Source of the DNA: Chlorokybus atmophyticus
Lineage: Eukaryota > Plantae > Mesostigma and Chlorokybus algae
Reading direction: 5' to 3'
Length of the DNA stretch: 64,000 bases
Assembly: GCA_009103225.1 (NCBI GenBank)
Contig: RHPI01002615.1
Coordinates: 256,328-320,327, forward strand
A model generated the notes under the pieces. It saw only the letters and a list, made by a program, of their open reading frames with translations. It was not told the origin of the DNA and did no database searches. Shown here piece by piece: positions 58,698-64,000 of the stretch. How positions within the stretch are numbered: position 1 is the first letter of the stretch; the number at the start of each line of letters is the position of its first letter. Both the position numbers and the translations under genes were made by a program.

Positions 58698-60138
58698 ATG
58701 GCGGTGGCTTTGGTGGCGCAGTCCGCCCATGCGGCGGTGTCCGTCAGCAGCCTCAGCAGGCCCCGCAGCCCCGCTGCAGCTGCAGTGCTGTCGTCGCCAT
58801 CGTCGCGCAGGCAGCAGACCACCTCCGCCTCGTCGTTCCTATCGCTGTCCGCCGGAGCTGCGCTCTCGAGGTGTAGGCAGAGCGGTCAGCAGCAGCGCCG
58901 ACGGCTGCAAGCTGCTGCAGCACGAGCAGAGGCCCAGCCCGTCGCTGCGGAGAGGAATCTTTGCCGCAGCAAAGGTGAGCGTGCATTTCGGTATGAAGGT
59001 GCACTCAGGCTGATTTTGACGTTGTGTATGCATTATGGTGCATCGTGAGTGTGTTATGTGAATGCATGCCCATGGCAAGTGCGCATGTGGAAGTCATGCT
59101 TGCAGTTTTGATTCGTCGCCAATTGAGCAGTTGCAACCTCGAACTTGGTGCTCATCCGGCATGGCGAGTCTCTATGGAACAAGCTGAACCTCTTCACGGG
59201 TTGTGTGGATGTGCCGTTGAGCGAGAAGGGAGTCCAGGAGGCGCTGAATGCTGGCCAGCGCATATCCGACATCCCCGTGGACGTCATTTACGTTTCGGCA
59301 CTGATCCGCGCACAAATGACCGCCATGATCGCCATGACCCAGCACTCGCGCAAGAAGGTGCCTGTCATGTACCATGCCGAGAGCGAGCGCGCAAAGGACT
59401 GGAGCCGAGTGTGGAGCGACACCACATCTGATAACACCATCCCCGTGATCGCAGCGTGGCAGCTCAACGAGCGCATGTACGGCGAGCTTCAGGGCCTGAA
59501 CAAAGCTGAGACTGCCAAGAAGTTTGGTGACGAGCAGGTGAAGTTGTGGCGCAGAAGTTTTGACATCCCCCCACCCAACGGCGAGAGCTTGGAGATGTGT
59601 GCGGAGCGTGCGGTGGCCTACTTCAAAGAAAACGTTGAACCTCAGATGGCTGCCGGCAGGAATGTCCTCATTGCTGCGCATGGAAACTCCCTTCGCGCCA
59701 TTATCATGTACCTGGACAGCTTGACGCAAGAGGAGGTCATCACTCTGGAGCTCTCTACCGGCATCCCTCTGCTCTACGAGTATCATGATGGTCAATTCTA
59801 CAACAGGGGCGCACCTCTCTCCCGTGACGAAGTTGGAGTCTATGCCCTCTCACAGGTTAGGAATGCTTACAATGCTCTTACAGCTGTCAAACCAATCACG
59901 CATCTTAGTTGTCAGTACACTGCCAACAGAAGGATGGCATTTACCTGCAATTGGCATGCATGCCAATTGTGATTGCTGGAGAGTTTGCTAAAATTTAGAT
60001 AGGGCATAAGCACGGCACACGGCCTGAACTATCTTGTTTTTTATGCACACAGTCCTTAACATCACATGTTGCTGTCCGCAGGGGCTGGCCAGCTATCGTG
60101 ACCAGTTGGACATATTCAAGACAGGTTACAGCTCATAG
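58698..60138 (+). CDS. gpmA: Cofactor-dependent phosphoglycerate mutase-like protein, plastid-targeted
   Basis: LVLIRHGESLWNKLNLFTGCVDVPLSEKG, AWQLNERMYGELQGLNK, WRRSFDIPPPNGESL and NVLIAAHGNSLR, preceded by a Ser/Ala/Arg-rich transit peptide exon. The last exon is inferred. Confidence 0.92.
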
Positions 60139-60928
60139 GCTGCATTGATCTTTGCCCACCTGTGCTTCACTCCTCAGTAACTCTGAAGGAAACATAAGGC
60201 TACATCCTGCTCAGCTGGCCAAGAAGGGGTACAAGCGGTTCATTGTGTAAAGGTGGTGATTGCTTTCTGTTGTACAAATACATAGCTAAGTTATAGATAT
60301 ACCGACTGATGCGTGTTGGAGGTAAGACGTTTGACAAGTGACAGCTGCAGTAGTTGTGGTATGTGTAACGTTCAGCAGCAATGGGTTATTCTTCAGCAGT
60401 TTGGATTGCGCATGTGGTGGTCCAGGCTCGCATCACGGAAACACATGTCGACGTATGTTAAGAATTAGCTTTTTGTTAATGGTTGGAATGACTGTTGCTG
60501 TCTAAGTAGCCTCCTGTGCTCAGAATTGTGTGTGTACTGGGTAGCACAGCCACACATGCTGAGTGTGTCCAGGTTGAATGCAATCAGTGTGTACTAGCAC
60601 TAGACTGTGTTAGCGCACATGATTGGCCGCTGGCAAGCAGTTGTTGCGAAGACTGCAACGCGAGCAAAAGCAGATGTAGAATGCACAAGCTTGCACAGGA
60701 GTCAGTTTTTGTCATGTCACATTGGTTATGTTGAGTGAGCACAAGCATGTCTGGTATGTTCGAGTGTGGACATTGCCGGATACATACGCATGGAACAAGC
60801 AAGTCGCAGAGCACCCGTTTACAATCATACTAGCAGAGAGAGACCTTGGGATGTCCACACAGTGCGGAGTGTCAATTGTAGGTAGCCGCATGTGTGTGCA
60901 CTGTAATGTCCAATTGTGTATATCCCTC

Positions 60929-63595
60929 TCATCCCCTTCCCCCTCCACAGAAGTACCGTCTGTACTGTCCCAGGTCCTCCAACCTATCGAACTCCGCCGG
61001 GTGTTGCAGGTGCGTGGCTAGCGCGGCAATCCCGGCGTAGGCCGCGACCCTGTGGGCCCGACTGCGCGCGGTCGCTAAGGCCGCCAGGGAGGAACGGTGC
61101 GAAGCCACGGGAGGGTCCATCAAGGTAGGCTCCACCATCTCGAACCAGAGAGCGGCGGAGCGGAACGCGGAGTCTTCTGCTCGAACCTGTGAGGACAGAG
61201 ACTTGTGGTAAAGGTAAGTACACATCCGCAGACGTACGCGCACGTGCATACGCGTGTGTGCCCGCGAGGCACCCACACATCGACACACCAACACGCACGC
61301 ACGCACACACCGGCACACACATATGCGGACGCAGGAACGCACATACGTGTGACCGCATGCACTCCCCTGAAGTCACTGTACATACGCACCAAGGCAGGGT
61401 CGAGTATGCGTGCGACGAGTGTGAGTATGCGTGCGCGTGCGGCTTCGCTTAGTGAGTTGGACGAGGCGGCCCCCCCCGAGGTGGCCCCGCCCGCCCCGAG
61501 GCCGCTCCAGACTCGCTGCACCGCAGCCACCAGCTCACGCAGCACCTGCTTGTTCACCACGCACGAGTGGTAAAGCACCTCCACCTCGACAAGCCAGTAC
61601 CTGGGCTCTGCCTTGGTGTTGCTGTTCTTGCCCTTGTTGATGTCACCGTTCCTGTTGGCAGCCTTTTTCTTCTTCTTCTTCTTCTTGTCATCGCTTCCCT
61701 CACCCGTACCCGCCACAATCGACTGCAGTGCTGCCTACACAGAAATGAGACACGGTCTTGTGACATTCTTGAATCGTACACACATGCACGCACGCACAAA
61801 ACTCCCCCTACCTCAAGGTCATGCGTGTTTCGGATCATCCACTTCGCCACATGCCCACTCCCCCCACTCGCCCCCACCTCTCCCTTCATCTGTCCCCCTC
61901 CCCCTCCCTCCCCTCTCACCCTCCTAAACGCCTCCACCCTCCACGCCCGCAGCTGCTCCTCTTCCACCCTCGCAGTCTGCTGCACAGCGCTCTCATACTG
62001 AAGCACGTAGTTGAGGTCTTGGCTCTGTTCACTCTGTGACTTGACCCGGGAGATGAGGGAGAGGAGTGGGGTGATGTCGTCGGGGTGGAGGGGGTAGAAC
62101 AGGAAGGCGGAGGGAGGGGAGAGGTGGCGACCAGCCACCACGCGGAGGAAGTGAGGGACATCTCTGGGGTGGGTGTTGGGGGTGTTGTGGGTGTTGGGGT
62201 GTTTCTGGGTTGGGGAAGCTGCGGGGGTGCTGGAGTGGGGAGGTGTGACTAGTGGGCTCGCGCGGTAGTGCAGCCACTCTTTGTGTGACACAGCACAACA
62301 GAACCACTCGTTAGCGATGTGCGTAGTGTGCATGGAGGTTGCTGATACAACCACGTACACGCTTGGTTATACCTGTGAAGTCGAGGGTGAGGGCGTCGTT
62401 GGCGGTTAGGTCGTGTTGCATGGAGTCTATTGTTTGGTCTTGGTTGCTGATGATGGTCTGACCTGGTATTGGTGATTGCGTGTAACTGTGCGTACGCAAT
62501 CAAACAGTGAGTCTGAGTTCAGATACTGATTAACATGTGCGTGCGTGCGTGCGTGCACACACATGTACGCACATAACACTTAAACTTACACGTGCATGCA
62601 CACGCACAGCAAGCAAAACGTATACTGGTTGAAAATACTTGCGCGCGCACACACGTGCGTGTACGTGCGTGCGCGTTTGCGGACAGGCATCTGTGTATGC
62701 ATGAGTGTGCCTGTGCCTGCATACACACCTTCTAGTGAGTGCCACGTACGCGTCCGACGAGTTCCGCGACGTCATGAAACTCTGTTCACTCTGCTGTTTG
62801 CCTTCCCCACCACTCTCCTGGACACTCCCTTCACTCACCCTCCACATCAGTCCCCTCCTCGTGATATACATCGTTCCCGCACTCGTCGACGCCAACACGC
62901 CCGCACGCTCGTCATCAACAACATCATGTTGGCTAGCCGCATCTCTCGCCGAATGCAACCTACCCACACCATCATCACGATGAAAACCACCCACATGCGC
63001 GCAACGGTCCGGCAGCGTGTCCACCTGAAGCTTCACGCCCGCCACACGCATGAGCACGCTGTCTGCATCAGTGTGGGTATGTGTGTGTGTGTTGTTGTTG
63101 GTGGTTGTATTCATGTTGGGTGCAACCGTGCTTCTCCTCCTCATAGTGGACCTCCTCCCCAAACTCATGAACAAGTTGTTGGCGTGCATGTTGGGGTTGT
63201 CGGATGAACTCTGCACGGGTGGAGAGGGCGGGAGTGGTGTTGGGTTGTCGATGGTTGTGACTATTGTTGTTGGGGAATAGGGTGTGGTGGGTGGCAATGT
63301 TGTTGGGGTGCTGGAGCGTGAGGGTGTGATCGACGTGCCCAACCAAGCGCGCAAAGCCTGAACGCTCGCGGCGGCATCGGACCAGGAGGAAGGCGCCCAA
63401 CCACATGTTAACACCTCCTCGGCCTCCTCCAACCTCGCCTAATGTTGTATCATGCAACCCGTAGTCAATGGGTTGACATCTTCTGTGCGTGTGCATACAC
63501 ACGTGCGCGCATGCGCGCACGTGTGTATGTGCGCACAAGTGTGCATCAGCTACCGTGCATGAGTTCGTGCGTGGGCATGCAGGAGTGCGAGGAGA

Positions 63596-63626
<31 letters not shown>

Positions 63627-64000
63627 TACAGTGTGCATGCATGCATGCTTGCAAGAACCAGATCCTCACACAACAAATTACAAGACAACAAGACTCTATT
63701 GTCCGCCACCCGTATCACCCACCCACTCACTTGGCATTCGACGGCCACATGTATCGCCGTCGGCGCTTCCGCTCTCATCCTCCACACCCTCGCAACCATC
63801 CCAATCTTGGCCACATCCTTCTCCACCTCATCATCCTTGCCTCCCTCGCGCCCGAGCAACATGGCCGCCCGTCTCACACCGCCGCTGTTGGCAGCTACAC
63901 GCCGACGCGCCACCCACGCCACCCAACAAGCAGCACCAACAGCACCAACATCACTACACAACTCACTAACAACAAGAGGGTCTATGTCACCCTCATCAGA
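60929..64000 (-). CDS. 3' part of a large multi-exon protein of unknown function; the gene begins beyond the window and its 3' end is uncertain
   Basis: Long stop-free exon-like ORFs (62530-63432, 61554-62360, 61120-61716, 63626-64000) are bounded by GT/AG sites and separated by (CA/GT/CGCA)n-rich introns. No family was recognised. Confidence 0.55.

Overview
Eukaryotic nuclear DNA from a green alga (Viridiplantae; exact lineage unresolved). It has spliceosomal introns, Lhcb5/CP26, plastid-type ferritin, EGY1 and PGAM, uses the standard genetic code, and contains two assembly gaps. About 15 intron-containing genes could be hand-spliced: HID1, GLE1, a BAP31-like gene, an LPA1-type TPR protein, an NHR2-like gene, a TPR-ARM-CS co-chaperone, LHCB5, a HAD phosphatase, a DEG/ENaC channel, a CDI glycosyltransferase, PIG-H, prefoldin 2, ferritin, EGY1, dPGM and a large unknown gene running off the right edge. 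There is also one tRNA-Gly(TCC). Three observations stand out. (1) A complete 12-exon DEG/ENaC/ASIC-family channel gene, a family mainly known from animals, with paired loss of a conserved disulfide and a reduced thumb domain. (2) A nested cluster of three ~540-bp TRIM-like retroelements with 80-90 bp LTRs and a tRNA-type Pol III promoter apparently split across the LTR/PBS junction. (3) An intact plastid ferritin whose ferroxidase centre is largely substituted. GC-AG introns look unusually frequent. All gene models and family assignments come from manual splicing and remembered family motifs, not from database searches.
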